DNA from: a virus
Taxonomy: Duplodnaviria > Caudoviricetes
IMG/VR virus record: IMGVR_UViG_3300025676_000022
Span: 1 to 56,880 of that record
DNA length: 56,880 nucleotides
Reading direction: 5' to 3' (one strand)
Shown one piece after another: positions 10,997-20,923 of this stretch; within the stretch, counting starts at the first letter, position 1; each line of letters begins with the position of its first letter. The notes below the pieces were generated by a model, which had not been told where the DNA came from, did no database searches, and saw only the letters and a list, made by a program, of their open reading frames with translations. A program made the position numbers and the translations under genes.

Positions 10997-12240
10997 TACT
11001 TACCTCCTTGTAGTAATTGTATTTGTTCTTTGTATTGAGCGTCAATCATTTGATATTGTTTAGAATACCATTCATATTTAACGCTATCTTTTTGTAAATT
11101 TTGTGTATATTCTTGTATTTCTTTTTGAACCTCCGCTTGATACTCTTGAAGGTCTGCAGAATATTTAGTTATTAATGCAGTATTATCTTGTACCTGAGCT
11201 TGCATGTTCTGAACTGCATTCTGTAAAGATAAAGCTTGGTCTGCTGCTTTGTTAGCTATGTCGGTTGATGTAGCTTGCTGTGAGTCTGATTGAGCTTTTT
11301 GAGAAGCTATTTGAGCAGAAGTAATTGCTCTTTGTAAGTTAGAATTATGTTTTGCTAACTCATCTTGAAGCTCTGCTTGATATCTAACATTTTCTTTGTT
11401 AAAGACCGCTACTTCTTTTTGTATATTTGCTTGATACTGTGTAACTTCGTTATTAAGTCTTCCAAGTTGTATTTGAGCTAATTCTGTATCTTCTTCTACT
11501 TCTAGAAAAGTAGAAAATGTTGAAACATCTACATTTAAATCCGGTGCAGTAAAAGTAGGAACGCTTCCTGTGGGGTCTACCTCTTCAATAGAATCTACTA
11601 AAATATTTGCTACATCAGTAACGCTAGCATCTGCATTTGTTGCGTCCGTATAAGATATAGTTCCTAAAGCCGGAGAAGATGGAGATACTGCTACTATATT
11701 TAAATTTGATAAAGAAGAGTGTACGTCATTTAAAAGTCTTTGTAAGGAATTTCTAGATGCATATAAAACTACTGCTTCTTCTGCTTCGTCAGGAAAATTG
11801 CTTATAACAGACTCAGTATAAGCTACTGTTATGCTAGTATCTATAGCTATAAGCCTACTATCGTTCGAGCTGTCAGATGCAGGAAATGTGTTAAGCTCAT
11901 TATTAAATATAATATATGCAGGGTCGCTTGAAGATGCAGCTTCCATATAATTTGTATCTGCAACTCTTCCCATCATTGAAGGAGGTAAAAGCCGACAAGG
12001 CATACGTGTACCACTGTTATTTTCATCTTTTCTTAGTACAGATATAATTTTTTTACCTTCAACATCAATAGCAGCAGTAAAATCATCTTTACCTGCTATT
12101 CTAACTAGCATATCAATAGGTAATATATTTAATACAGTACGTGAACCTGAAGTTAGCCAATCATTAACACTAGCTTGTTTTGCTGAAGTGTCAGCGTCAA
12201 AACTGGTTAAATCTTTTATTCTTGTTGCAAAATTAGCCAT
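10996..12240 (-). CDS. adaptor-like protein with long Q-rich coiled coil, paralog of 54724..55599
   Basis: LP..L...KIISVLR...PAY...EAEEAVVLYA matches LP..L...KILAVYR...PKYY...EYENVALLYA. Confidence 0.6.
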   Translation of the reverse strand: MANFATRIKDLTSFDADTSAKQASVNDWLTSGSRTVLNILPIDMLVRIAGKDDFTAAIDVEGKKIISVLRKDENNSGTRMPCRLLPPSMMGRVADTNYMEAASSSDPAYIIFNNELNTFPASDSSNDSRLIAIDTSITVAYTESVISNFPDEAEEAVVLYASRNSLQRLLNDVHSSLSNLNIVAVSPSSPALGTISYTDATNADASVTDVANILVDSIEEVDPTGSVPTFTAPDLNVDVSTFSTFLEVEEDTELAQIQLGRLNNEVTQYQANIQKEVAVFNKENVRYQAELQDELAKHNSNLQRAITSAQIASQKAQSDSQQATSTDIANKAADQALSLQNAVQNMQAQVQDNTALITKYSADLQEYQAEVQKEIQEYTQNLQKDSVKYEWYSKQYQMIDAQYKEQIQLLQGGK

Positions 12241-12377
12241 TATCTTCCTTGTCCTCTATATGGTTTTACATAATTTTTTGTACTCATTTTATTTCCCATT
12301 TTGGTATTCTTACTCATACCTTGCCTAGTCTTCTTCTTACCGTTAGTTCTTCTAACTTGTTGTCCAACACCTCTCAC
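12240..12377 (-). CDS. 45-aa basic peptide (not in ORF track)
   Basis: MRGVGQQVRRTNGKKKTRQG...KPYRGQGR; coupled on both sides (TAGTG, TAATG). Confidence 0.6.
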   Translation of the reverse strand: MRGVGQQVRRTNGKKKTRQGMSKNTKMGNKMSTKNYVKPYRGQGR

Positions 12378-12502
12378 TACTTCTTCTTCTTTTTCTTCTT
12401 ACCGTAACTTACTATATTCTTTCCAGCTTTTTTAGCTGCACCGACTGCTTTTTTTATCCCTGCTTCGGTATAGGGGTACATTTTTCCATTTACATTTGGC
12501 AT
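12377..12502 (-). CDS. 41-aa basic peptide with poly-Lys tail (not in ORF track)
   Basis: MPNVNGKMYPYTEAGIKKA...GKKKKKKK; coupled on both sides. Confidence 0.6.
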   Translation of the reverse strand: MPNVNGKMYPYTEAGIKKAVGAAKKAGKNIVSYGKKKKKKK

Positions 12503-12747
12503 TACATTATCCTCGTTGCTGGTCCCTTTGCAGAAGTCTTTTCAGCTCCTTCTTTGAGCTTCTTCATTCCTTCTTCGTGAGACAATGTTCTTATTTCCAT
12601 TTGGTCTTTTCTAATAGCTGTTGCATAAGGATTATTTTCCCTAACAACAAAGTTAGTGTTCCATTTGGGTTCTGTAGCTCTTTTACCACAAGAGGTACAG
12701 TTAAACATTCCATCTGGATTAGGTTTATCGCAGTGTTGACAATTCAT
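12502..12747 (-). CDS. zinc-ribbon protein
   Basis: CQHC...CTSC. Confidence 0.65.
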   Translation of the reverse strand: MNCQHCDKPNPDGMFNCTSCGKRATEPKWNTNFVVRENNPYATAIRKDQMEIRTLSHEEGMKKLKEGAEKTSAKGPATRIM

Positions 12748-12750
12748 CTA

Positions 12751-12945
12751 TTAAGTATATAAAATTATATAAGCTACTCTTGAACGGTCAAGCTTTACAG
12801 TTGAAATATCTATAATTGCTTGACTCGTACTATCGAGTGCATTTACTGCTGCTTTAATATCTGCTGCTAAAGAGCCAGATACTGTATCAGCTGAATCGCC
12901 TATGTCGTTAATAACTATTTTTACGTTTGCTCCGTAATTCGCCAT
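12751..12945 (-). CDS. hypothetical protein
   Basis: AGGAG SD; in operon. Confidence 0.6.
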   Translation of the reverse strand: MANYGANVKIVINDIGDSADTVSGSLAADIKAAVNALDSTSQAIIDISTVKLDRSRVAYIILYT

Positions 12946-12984
12946 CTTAATCTCCTATTAGTTTTAAAATTCTTTATAGGTTTC

Positions 12985-13006
12985 GGAGTGGGAATAAACC
13001 CACTCC
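12985..13006 (-). terminator. stem-loop after the capsid/decoration genes
   Basis: GGAGTGGG-aataaa-CCCACTCC perfect 8-bp stem, no clear U tract. Confidence 0.5.
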
Positions 13007-13027
13007 ATAGTACCTAATAACTATTTA

Positions 13028-13489
13028 TTACTGGTCAGCGAATACAATGGCAGTATTTGTAGCGGAAACAACTGTTCCGTTTAAATACCATTTTGTACCA
13101 TCGCAAACGAATTTAACTATAGTACCACTCTCAGGTGTTAAAACACTAACTTTTGAGTTACTGTCTCCATCTGAGTATACTACTGCAGTTAATTCACCGT
13201 CAACATCACTGTGTGCTAAGCCACCTACAAAGTAGTTTGCATTTGCACCAGTGTCAAATTGCCAGTCTTGAGCGTCTGCTGCTGCACCGCCATACCAGAA
13301 CTCGTAACTTAATCCAAGTTCTTCTGCTGGTAGTGTAACTACAATATCGGCAGTAAGGTTAGGACAAACGTGAATTATGCCTGAGTCTTCTGCTAAGATT
13401 GTATAAGTCGCTGCATCTGGAATAAGCACAACATCTCTGTTAGCTGAACCGTATGCACCACTATTTTCATTGATTCTGTCTGTTTTCAT
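13028..13489 (-). CDS. putative capsid decoration / head-fibre-like protein
   Basis: Directly after capsid gene 1. YTILAEDSG...VTLPA...GLSYEF...CDGTKWY beta-rich pattern. Start MKTDRI. Confidence 0.5.
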   Translation of the reverse strand: MKTDRINENSGAYGSANRDVVLIPDAATYTILAEDSGIIHVCPNLTADIVVTLPAEELGLSYEFWYGGAAADAQDWQFDTGANANYFVGGLAHSDVDGELTAVVYSDGDSNSKVSVLTPESGTIVKFVCDGTKWYLNGTVVSATNTAIVFADQ

Positions 13490-13490
13490 C

Positions 13491-14906
13491 TTACAAACCC
13501 TCCACATTATATAGAGCGTGAGATTCTGGTAATGTGATTTCAAGACCTGCTTCTGTAAGAATCATATCTTTTCTCAAATCTTCATCTGCACTTTGTACAT
13601 TTGTCATAATTTGAGTATCACGGTTAATACCATTACCTACTAGTGGTCTGTATGCTAACTGACTCATATCAGCCATCACCATCATTCCACTTGCAATACC
13701 TCTAAAGAGAGGTTGTTTAACTAAGAACATACTTCCGTGCACAGTGTTAATTTCCATTAACTTGTGTCCGAATGAACCTTCTACGTCGCTCATATTCACT
13801 CTGTAAGGACTGCTGTTTGTTCCAGTTGCTGTTGGTGTAGTCATCTCTGACGCATTTTTATTATACGATAAAGAGTTAGACATAAACGCACCATCGCCCA
13901 TTTTGTTAAAAAATGAAATTACTGGTAAAGAAGCCATAACAAGTTTTTCACTTGCTCCGCCTCTTGCTGGGTCAAATATTACTTCCATATCTGATAGTAA
14001 TCTATCGTATGTTAACTCAGCTGTAGTACAACTTCTGTAGTAGCCTTTTCCTGAAGAATAAGCTAATGCAGAGTCGTCTACTACTGGAGATACATTTTTA
14101 AGGATATTTCCTACTAGACCTTCTGTATATTGAACACCTTGAACGCGAGCTTTTTGACCAAAGAGCATAGCTCTTTCAATGTCAATTTTATGTTCACGTA
14201 ACTTTTGAGCCCATATTCTATCGAACTCGTTAGCATATCCACGGTGACGTGTTGCTATTGCTGTGTTTGTTAATTCACAGGCTGTTTTAAAGATTTGAGT
14301 ATAACCAAATCCGTCATCTAATGTATCTGAAAATGTGTCTGGTGACGCAGTTCCTTCTTCAAACGATGTCCCAATAATTTGGGCTGAATCGTTGTCTGAA
14401 AGAATGTTGTAACCAGTCGCTGTATTTCCTGATAAATCGATTATTCTACCTTGAAAGGTAGTTGAAGCTGAGCCAGCTGCTGGTCCAGATTCTACTCTAA
14501 CTAATACTTGAGTGTATCCTGCTGCTGTGTCTAATGAAGAAACTGCAAAAACCATTCCTTTTGTAAGGAAGGAAATTGCTGCTCCTGCACCGTCATCAAC
14601 GGTGAATGCATATGAAGTATCAGCTACTACTGCTGAGCCGCCATTTACTGCTGCTGCTAATTTAAAACTTCTATCGGTGTGATTGATTTGAGTTCTGTTT
14701 TCAAGAAATCTGAAAACATTGTCATCAGTCGCAACTTTAGAAACATTCGCCAAGTATGTGAAAAAAGGTGATTCTTCTGGAGTTAATTCTGCAACTCTAT
14801 CAGAGAAATCATACAGTTTTCTTTGGTCTGGGGCCTGCCCATAACCGGCACTTGATGCCGCAGCTGTAATGTTGGAAGCTTTTAGTATTCCGCTATTTAT
14901 AGCCAT
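13491..14906 (-). CDS. major capsid protein 1 (SU10 MCP / DUF5309 type)
   Basis: PEESPF, YTQIFKT, KLREHKIDIERAMLFG, YRPL...DMILTEAGLE...PESHA; follows portal and scaffold. Confidence 0.9.
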   Translation of the reverse strand: MAINSGILKASNITAAASSAGYGQAPDQRKLYDFSDRVAELTPEESPFFTYLANVSKVATDDNVFRFLENRTQINHTDRSFKLAAAVNGGSAVVADTSYAFTVDDGAGAAISFLTKGMVFAVSSLDTAAGYTQVLVRVESGPAAGSASTTFQGRIIDLSGNTATGYNILSDNDSAQIIGTSFEEGTASPDTFSDTLDDGFGYTQIFKTACELTNTAIATRHRGYANEFDRIWAQKLREHKIDIERAMLFGQKARVQGVQYTEGLVGNILKNVSPVVDDSALAYSSGKGYYRSCTTAELTYDRLLSDMEVIFDPARGGASEKLVMASLPVISFFNKMGDGAFMSNSLSYNKNASEMTTPTATGTNSSPYRVNMSDVEGSFGHKLMEINTVHGSMFLVKQPLFRGIASGMMVMADMSQLAYRPLVGNGINRDTQIMTNVQSADEDLRKDMILTEAGLEITLPESHALYNVEGL

Positions 14907-14923
14907 TTTAGTCTCCTAAACTG

Positions 14924-15697
14924 TTATTTAGCTAACCTACCGCCTCTTCCGGTTTTCATAATTCTCTCCCAAACCTGGTCTCCTTCAGATTTTTCCGGTT
15001 GTCTACCGCCCTGAAGTACTCCTGCTGGTTTAGGAATAGATTTAGCTTTTTGAACAGCAGCTAAGTTTTCATTTTCTGTTTTTACTCCACTAGACTTACC
15101 TTCTTTTTCTTTCCACACTTTAATAAGTGTTTCAATTGGAAGGTTAGCTTTTGGTGTAGTCGCAAATTGTAAAAACCTTTCTGCATCTTCTTTTCCAAGA
15201 TTATGTTCTGAAACTAATTCTGATTTTAAATTATTCATCGCCATCTGATTTTGTAGTTTAGCTAGTTCTTTATCTACTGTTTCATGTACAAGCTTTTTCT
15301 CTTGTCCTACTCTAAATTGGTAGGATTCAGATTCAGGCTTGTAGTAGGCGTCCCAAGGGTCAAAACTTTCCGGAGTTGTACTTTGTTCCGTTTGTATGCC
15401 CTCAACTGATTCTCCAGCAAGATTTTTTTCAATTACGTCTACTAGTTCCGGTCTAGAATTTAAAGTATCTCTTAATTGAATCAAATCATCTGATTCCTGT
15501 CTAAGATTCTCATGTTCTGCCGTTTTTTTGTCGTACATTGATTGAAACTTTTTAGCTTCTACTTCCCAATTCACTTCTTCTGATGCTTCTACACCATTTT
15601 CAACGATATCCTCTTGTAATGAAAGACTTTCTTCCACCACGGATTCTACTATTGGGTCTTGCTTTTCAACCTGTTGTTGTTCTTGTTCTTTTGCCAT
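14924..15697 (-). CDS. capsid scaffolding protein
   Basis: Acidic N-terminus, helical, lies between portal and capsid. Confidence 0.7.
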   Translation of the reverse strand: MAKEQEQQQVEKQDPIVESVVEESLSLQEDIVENGVEASEEVNWEVEAKKFQSMYDKKTAEHENLRQESDDLIQLRDTLNSRPELVDVIEKNLAGESVEGIQTEQSTTPESFDPWDAYYKPESESYQFRVGQEKKLVHETVDKELAKLQNQMAMNNLKSELVSEHNLGKEDAERFLQFATTPKANLPIETLIKVWKEKEGKSSGVKTENENLAAVQKAKSIPKPAGVLQGGRQPEKSEGDQVWERIMKTGRGGRLAK

Positions 15698-15724
15698 TGT
15701 TTTTTCTCCTCTCCTGATTTAGCT

Positions 15725-17725
15725 TTATTGCTCGGAACCAGGTTCGTTATTATCTTCCTCCAAAGATTGATTCATTCGGTCTACCAAATTGCCTAACTGC
15801 ATTACCTTTTCTTTTTCTTTAACCTTGCTGGCAGAAGAAATCTCGTTTAACCCAGATTTAAACTTCTCAACCTCTGTACGTTTTCTAGCAGATACCTGCT
15901 CACGTTCAGATGTTTGTAAATCGCCACTCAGTTTCTTTACTTGATTTTCAAGCTGTGTAATATACTGTTGCATTTGTGCCATTGCACCTTTTCTTTGAAG
16001 AACACCTTCTTTGTCGAAGATTTCGCTTTTTTTCAAAACCTCAACATCGTCTACCAGGCCTAACTTGTAAGCATCAAGGTACATATTATATTCTGCCACC
16101 TTGTTGCTTGGTAAAGTTGAACCTGATATTATGCGAATGTCATGTTGACCTAGTTGAATATCATTCTTCATGGTCGCTATTTCATTCTTCTTATCATCAT
16201 ACAATCTCATATTAACTGCAAATTCAGTAATATCATTGTTCGGTTGTACAATTCTAAAAGTCTTTGCAAATTTATAATGGTCTTTAGCTAAGTTGTAAAC
16301 AACTTGACCTACCATAGATAAACTTGACTCAATATCTCTTAATTTAGATTTACCTCTAGATTCTCCCATCTCTGATAAAAGAGCGGTTCCTCTAACAGAT
16401 TCAGGAGCCCCGTCCTTAAATCCTTGTAATAATTCAGGTATCCCAAAATTTAAATCTATATATTTCTCTACCCTATCTATTAAATAGTAAAACTCACTAG
16501 TTAAAGGAGCTGGTTGTGGGTAGTGAGGCTCACCAAACTCTGGATTATATTCTATAACCGCGTTTGGGTTTGCCCAATCTTTTTCTAATTGACTAATACT
16601 GTCAACACTACCTTCCGGTATTAAAAGTTTTAATCCAGCTGCAGACTGAGCGTGCGACAAGGTCAAAGAGAATAGCTTATTTAAAAGCCTTTGAGAGTCT
16701 TTAACCTTGTTCACATCCGACTTTGGATAGGGAGTATTAGTCCAAATATTTGCAAAAGGAACAACTGGATATATATCTGTATTTAAAATACGTTCATATA
16801 ACAACACATCTCCAATTGTACTACATTGTGCAATTCTTGTTTGCATTACTTCTTCTATTTCTATAGCACCTCTTTCTATTGCAGCTATAGTCTGTTCATC
16901 TTCTATAATAACAGAATATACATCAGGGTCTACAATTTTTTCACTTCCATCTATAGCATTAAATATTCTATAGAAAGGAACTTTTAATTTATAAAACCTA
17001 TCTAATATCTGATATTTTTGATTAACATTGTAATCTAAATTCTTTGCTTCTGCTGGAGTAAGTACATTTTGAGAATTCTTTAAGCTTGAAGAAGGATAGT
17101 CTTCTCCGTATAATGAATTAACTCCAACCTCTATATCGTCAATAGATTCTTCTAACTGAGGATATAAATCTAAAACTTGCTGTCTTGTTAAGAACGTAGA
17201 CAATATAATTCCTGATGCATCGTTAAAGAACCTATCTCTTGATGCAGGGTCTACATATACCCTGAAAGGGTCGACGTGAGTATATTTTACTTCACCTCTT
17301 CCATAGTCGGCTTCTGGGTCTACATATACATACATGTACCCTAAACCAGTGACAGCGTAATCGTGTACTACTTGTTTAAAAGTAGAGTCTCCGTTTGATA
17401 TGTCCCAAACGTACTCTAATATTGTTTTCCATATATTAGAAAGCTTATTATCGGAATCTTCTCTAGCAATAGCAGAAAATCTAGCAGGTCTAGCTGTTAA
17501 CAAAGATTTTAATTTGTCAACTGCTGCATAAACTCTGTCTATAACAAAGTCTGCTTGACCCACAGATTGTAAAGCTGTAGATTCTTCTTCTGTAAAATGA
17601 TTCCCAAGTGTAAAGTCTACCGCATTTCTAGCTTCGGCGTCCCATTGCTGCCTAGCGTCTCTCCATCTTCTAAATAATTCTCTGGAAATTTGAGGTTTAC
17701 TTTTATTTTCGTCGTATTCTGCCAT
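15725..17725 (-). CDS. portal protein (P22-like)
   Basis: 666 aa; VDPFRVYVDP, YPVVPF, KDSQRLLNK, C-terminal coiled coil; follows terminase. Confidence 0.9.
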   Translation of the reverse strand: MAEYDENKSKPQISRELFRRWRDARQQWDAEARNAVDFTLGNHFTEEESTALQSVGQADFVIDRVYAAVDKLKSLLTARPARFSAIAREDSDNKLSNIWKTILEYVWDISNGDSTFKQVVHDYAVTGLGYMYVYVDPEADYGRGEVKYTHVDPFRVYVDPASRDRFFNDASGIILSTFLTRQQVLDLYPQLEESIDDIEVGVNSLYGEDYPSSSLKNSQNVLTPAEAKNLDYNVNQKYQILDRFYKLKVPFYRIFNAIDGSEKIVDPDVYSVIIEDEQTIAAIERGAIEIEEVMQTRIAQCSTIGDVLLYERILNTDIYPVVPFANIWTNTPYPKSDVNKVKDSQRLLNKLFSLTLSHAQSAAGLKLLIPEGSVDSISQLEKDWANPNAVIEYNPEFGEPHYPQPAPLTSEFYYLIDRVEKYIDLNFGIPELLQGFKDGAPESVRGTALLSEMGESRGKSKLRDIESSLSMVGQVVYNLAKDHYKFAKTFRIVQPNNDITEFAVNMRLYDDKKNEIATMKNDIQLGQHDIRIISGSTLPSNKVAEYNMYLDAYKLGLVDDVEVLKKSEIFDKEGVLQRKGAMAQMQQYITQLENQVKKLSGDLQTSEREQVSARKRTEVEKFKSGLNEISSASKVKEKEKVMQLGNLVDRMNQSLEEDNNEPGSEQ

Positions 17726-17750
17726 AAAATCCTAAATTAGTTTTACTTAA

Positions 17751-17780
17751 AAAATAAATAAATATCTCTTCTTTAGTCAA
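17751..17780 (-). promoter_or_regulatory. promoter TTGACT-N18-TATTTT upstream of portal, overlapped by a 12-bp inverted repeat
   Basis: Boxes at 17780-17775 and 17756-17751; inverted-repeat arms 17759-17770 and 17779-17790. Confidence 0.6.
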
Positions 17781-17787
17781 GAGATAT

Positions 17788-19374
17788 TTAAACTTTTTGT
17801 CCAGTTATCCAATTAATAGTTCTATTAGCTAGATTACTCTCTCTTTTTTCTAGTCTTTCACCTAACTTGTTAATATCTATAGCAGAACTCTTTGGAGGCT
17901 TTGCTGTCGTTACAGCATACCATAGACCATCAAGAAGGTCGTCGTTTCTTCCCTTTGGAAATTCAAACATCTCGTCGACAATAGCATCATGTTCTTTTTT
18001 TATAAAAAGTTTTCTTCTATTAACTATAGGACATAACAGTGCTTCAAGCCTATCTTCTTTTTTGATACCTCCTGGAGGTCTAATTCCTTGTGATAGCCCC
18101 GGAGCTAATTTTCTATCACTACCAGCTAATTTATTAACATGGTCTTTAATAATACCTTGAGCCCCAACTTTCTCTACATTAACCCTTCTTACTGGGTGAT
18201 ACTTTCTTGCGATATCTATAATTTCTCTAGGCATGTCATATAGAGGAGAGTGCTCTCTATAATAATCAACTAAATATATGTTTCTATCACTATCTATTGC
18301 AATTGTAACTATAACTTGAAAGTCACTTCTAGCATTTGTTTCGTAAGCTAAGTCAACTCCCATATATACATTTACAGGAATAGCAGATTCATCAATCATC
18401 ATATAATTAAATCCTCCTCTTTCCTCTATATGCCCTCTATACCTATTTATTCTATCAATTTTAAATTTAGCAGTTTCTAAATCTCTAGCCTCATTCATGT
18501 ACTCTTGAGCAAACTTGTGAGTTAATCCCATTTCTGAGAACCTTGACTTAATGTCGTCTAATTTTTTCTTTGTAAAGTAATTTGGCCATAAAGGAACTCC
18601 GTCAACCATAGCTTTTTTATATAATACATTCCAAGCAGATTTCCTTCCTTCTTTTTCGGCATCTAGATATCCGTCATATACGCCTTGAAGAAAAGAGTCA
18701 TAATGGACTATTGTACCAATAAGCCATATTGACCCTTCTTGTTCTTTTGAGTTTTCTAATGCGGGCTCTACCGTAGACATTACCCATTCTTTAATCTCCC
18801 TTCTTCTATCCGGTGTTTTAGTATTTAATTCTGATTCGAAGTCATCAAGTATAATATTAGTATATCTTAAGCCTAACTGAGAACGACCACGTAAACGTTG
18901 ACTTGTACCTTTAGCGATAATCCTATCTCCTCTAGCAGTAGTAAACTCTTTTTCTGTCCATTTACTACCTTTTAAATCTCCGAAGTAATATTGTAAGGCA
19001 GGGTTAACATCTATGTGGTTTTGAATGTATTTAATATGGTCAATTGCCTGAGACTGCTCTTCAGACACCCAAGCAATAAATTGTTTCTTTTCTGGAGGAG
19101 AAAAGTATAATTGATATAATAACGCTGTTTTTGCTAATGTAGACTTTGCATGACCACGAGGTAATATAATGCAAGCTCTTTTTTCATCTCCTAACAACAA
19201 GTCGCTTAACTCGTATTGATAAGGAGCTGGAGTAGATTTCATAAAATCTTCAGGCAAAAACATTTGACCAAAGGTTATAATGTCTTTCCTAGCTAGTTCT
19301 AAGGCTTGTTCTTTTTGTGACAAGTCTGGTGGAACTATATTAAATAATTCAGGCTTCTTGGAATTCTTTTTCAT
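17788..19374 (-). CDS. terL: terminase large subunit
   Basis: Walker A PRGHAKST, Walker B IILDDFE, nuclease motifs GVDLA and DDLLDGL. Confidence 0.95.
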   Translation of the reverse strand: MKKNSKKPELFNIVPPDLSQKEQALELARKDIITFGQMFLPEDFMKSTPAPYQYELSDLLLGDEKRACIILPRGHAKSTLAKTALLYQLYFSPPEKKQFIAWVSEEQSQAIDHIKYIQNHIDVNPALQYYFGDLKGSKWTEKEFTTARGDRIIAKGTSQRLRGRSQLGLRYTNIILDDFESELNTKTPDRRREIKEWVMSTVEPALENSKEQEGSIWLIGTIVHYDSFLQGVYDGYLDAEKEGRKSAWNVLYKKAMVDGVPLWPNYFTKKKLDDIKSRFSEMGLTHKFAQEYMNEARDLETAKFKIDRINRYRGHIEERGGFNYMMIDESAIPVNVYMGVDLAYETNARSDFQVIVTIAIDSDRNIYLVDYYREHSPLYDMPREIIDIARKYHPVRRVNVEKVGAQGIIKDHVNKLAGSDRKLAPGLSQGIRPPGGIKKEDRLEALLCPIVNRRKLFIKKEHDAIVDEMFEFPKGRNDDLLDGLWYAVTTAKPPKSSAIDINKLGERLEKRESNLANRTINWITGQKV

Positions 19375-19747
19375 AAACCCTATCTAACATTTGTAATGTT
19401 TTTATTGAGTGCCAATCACCATCAGGAACTTCTGTAAAGGAACTAGAACTTGCCCAAAGTTGTGGACCAGCTACGTATATCCAAGCTTTCTCTGTTTTTC
19501 CGTCATCCATATTAATAGGAGCTGTTGTTCTTATATATAGCCCATTTGCTACACCTTCATATTCATCGTACATATTAAGGTCTTCTAATGTAACATCTAC
19601 TAACTCAACTACAGCACCCTTTCCTTTTTCATTTTTAATAACAGCTGGAAAAGATTGTGTTCCGGGAAAAACTAAACTAAATCCTTCTACTTTACCAGTA
19701 TCGGGATATCCTCTTCTAAGTGTTCCATATACAGCCAACCTCATCAA
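19349..19747 (-). CDS. gamma-glutamylcyclotransferase (AIG2-like)
   Basis: AVYGTLRRG...DEYEG...Y.R...AWIY. Confidence 0.9.
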   Translation of the reverse strand: MMRLAVYGTLRRGYPDTGKVEGFSLVFPGTQSFPAVIKNEKGKGAVVELVDVTLEDLNMYDEYEGVANGLYIRTTAPINMDDGKTEKAWIYVAGPQLWASSSSFTEVPDGDWHSIKTLQMLDRVYEKEFQEA

Positions 19748-19971
19748 GAATACCCTACCGTATTAGGTATTCCCATCTCCATAATTAAAAATTTTGGAGA
19801 ATAGATGGTTAAACAGTTAAAACATTTAATACCGCTACAATCTTTTTTACGAGCATCCCATATATAAACACCAGTCTTTTTAAGATGATAGTGACATATA
19901 TGACATCTATTTTTCTTCGATATCTGCTTTAACTTCAGCCAATTTTTCGTATTTGGATTCTTGAATTGCAT
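19744..19971 (-). CDS. small zinc-finger protein (start uncertain)
   Basis: CHIC...CFNC. Confidence 0.55.
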   Translation of the reverse strand: MQFKNPNTKNWLKLKQISKKNRCHICHYHLKKTGVYIWDARKKDCSGIKCFNCLTIYSPKFLIMEMGIPNTVGYS

Positions 19972-20671
19972 TTAGTTGCTCCTTGGAAAATCCTTGGAAT
20001 AATGTAACAGATTCTGATTTTTTCTCAGTATCCATCATTCCGGATATTTTCATTAATGTTGTTAGTGCTGTAATCTTATCTCTATCGCTAGACTCAGATT
20101 TATCTATTACGTTTCTCATTTCTTCTAAAAGATACTTAGGCGTAATCTCTGCTTCGTTTAAATGCTTATCTACTTCTTCTCTAATCAAGTTTTTCACCCT
20201 ATCGGTTTTTAGCAACAGTTTTGCTTGAGAAGCTGCATATGATTTCTTTTTACTAGGAAAAGCAGTCATATAAGCATCTACAACATCATCTCCCTTTGCT
20301 ACATATTTAGCAAATAAAAATTCTTTTTCTGTTGCTTTTACTCTTTCTTTCTTACGTACTGAGGGAGATTTGCCATCTGTTGCAAATGTATGCATATTAG
20401 TACGCATTTCTCCCGTCATAGTAACGTTTGGACCACAAACAAAAGAACCTATTATAGTTCTAATAAATGTAGTCTCTTTTTTTCTGTCGGGTCTTTTTAA
20501 TATCCCGACATACAGTACTTGACAAACCTGCCCATCATCTGACACAATCCAATCATCTACAGAAGCATGTCTCCAGTCTTCACAAAGAGAGACGGAAGGG
20601 TTATATTCTGCAAACTCTTCTACGTTATCAAATAAGTATTTAGTGTCGCCGTTTACTGTTCTTGTTTTCAT
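19907..20671 (-). CDS. terminase small subunit-like protein with extra N-terminal domain
   Basis: C-half FAKYVAKG...DAYMTAF...ASQAKLLLK...V...I resembles the TerS helix-turn-helix; upstream of terL. Confidence 0.65.
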   Translation of the reverse strand: MKTRTVNGDTKYLFDNVEEFAEYNPSVSLCEDWRHASVDDWIVSDDGQVCQVLYVGILKRPDRKKETTFIRTIIGSFVCGPNVTMTGEMRTNMHTFATDGKSPSVRKKERVKATEKEFLFAKYVAKGDDVVDAYMTAFPSKKKSYAASQAKLLLKTDRVKNLIREEVDKHLNEAEITPKYLLEEMRNVIDKSESSDRDKITALTTLMKISGMMDTEKKSESVTLFQGFSKEQLNAIQESKYEKLAEVKADIEEK

Positions 20672-20678
20672 AAGTTAA

Positions 20679-20912
20679 CTATTTTTCCTCTTTGTCGTCA
20701 ACATCTTTGTTAAGTTCATCAACAACGAAGTTTATATAGTTATTCAAAAGAAAGCGTTTCTCCATTAAGTCTTGCTCTGCTTGTTGGCAAGCTGCTCCAA
20801 GTTGATTCGCTCTTAAAAACTGAGCTTTTGCTTCATCTGATAGTTCAGAATGTAAAAACTCATATTCTTTTTCATTATGCATGATTTTCATCATTTGTTC
20901 TTTTTCAGCCAT
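20679..20912 (-). CDS. hypothetical coiled-coil protein
   Basis: AGGAG SD; in operon. Confidence 0.6.
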   Translation of the reverse strand: MAEKEQMMKIMHNEKEYEFLHSELSDEAKAQFLRANQLGAACQQAEQDLMEKRFLLNNYINFVVDELNKDVDDKEEK

Positions 20913-20923
20913 TTCGTCTCCTA

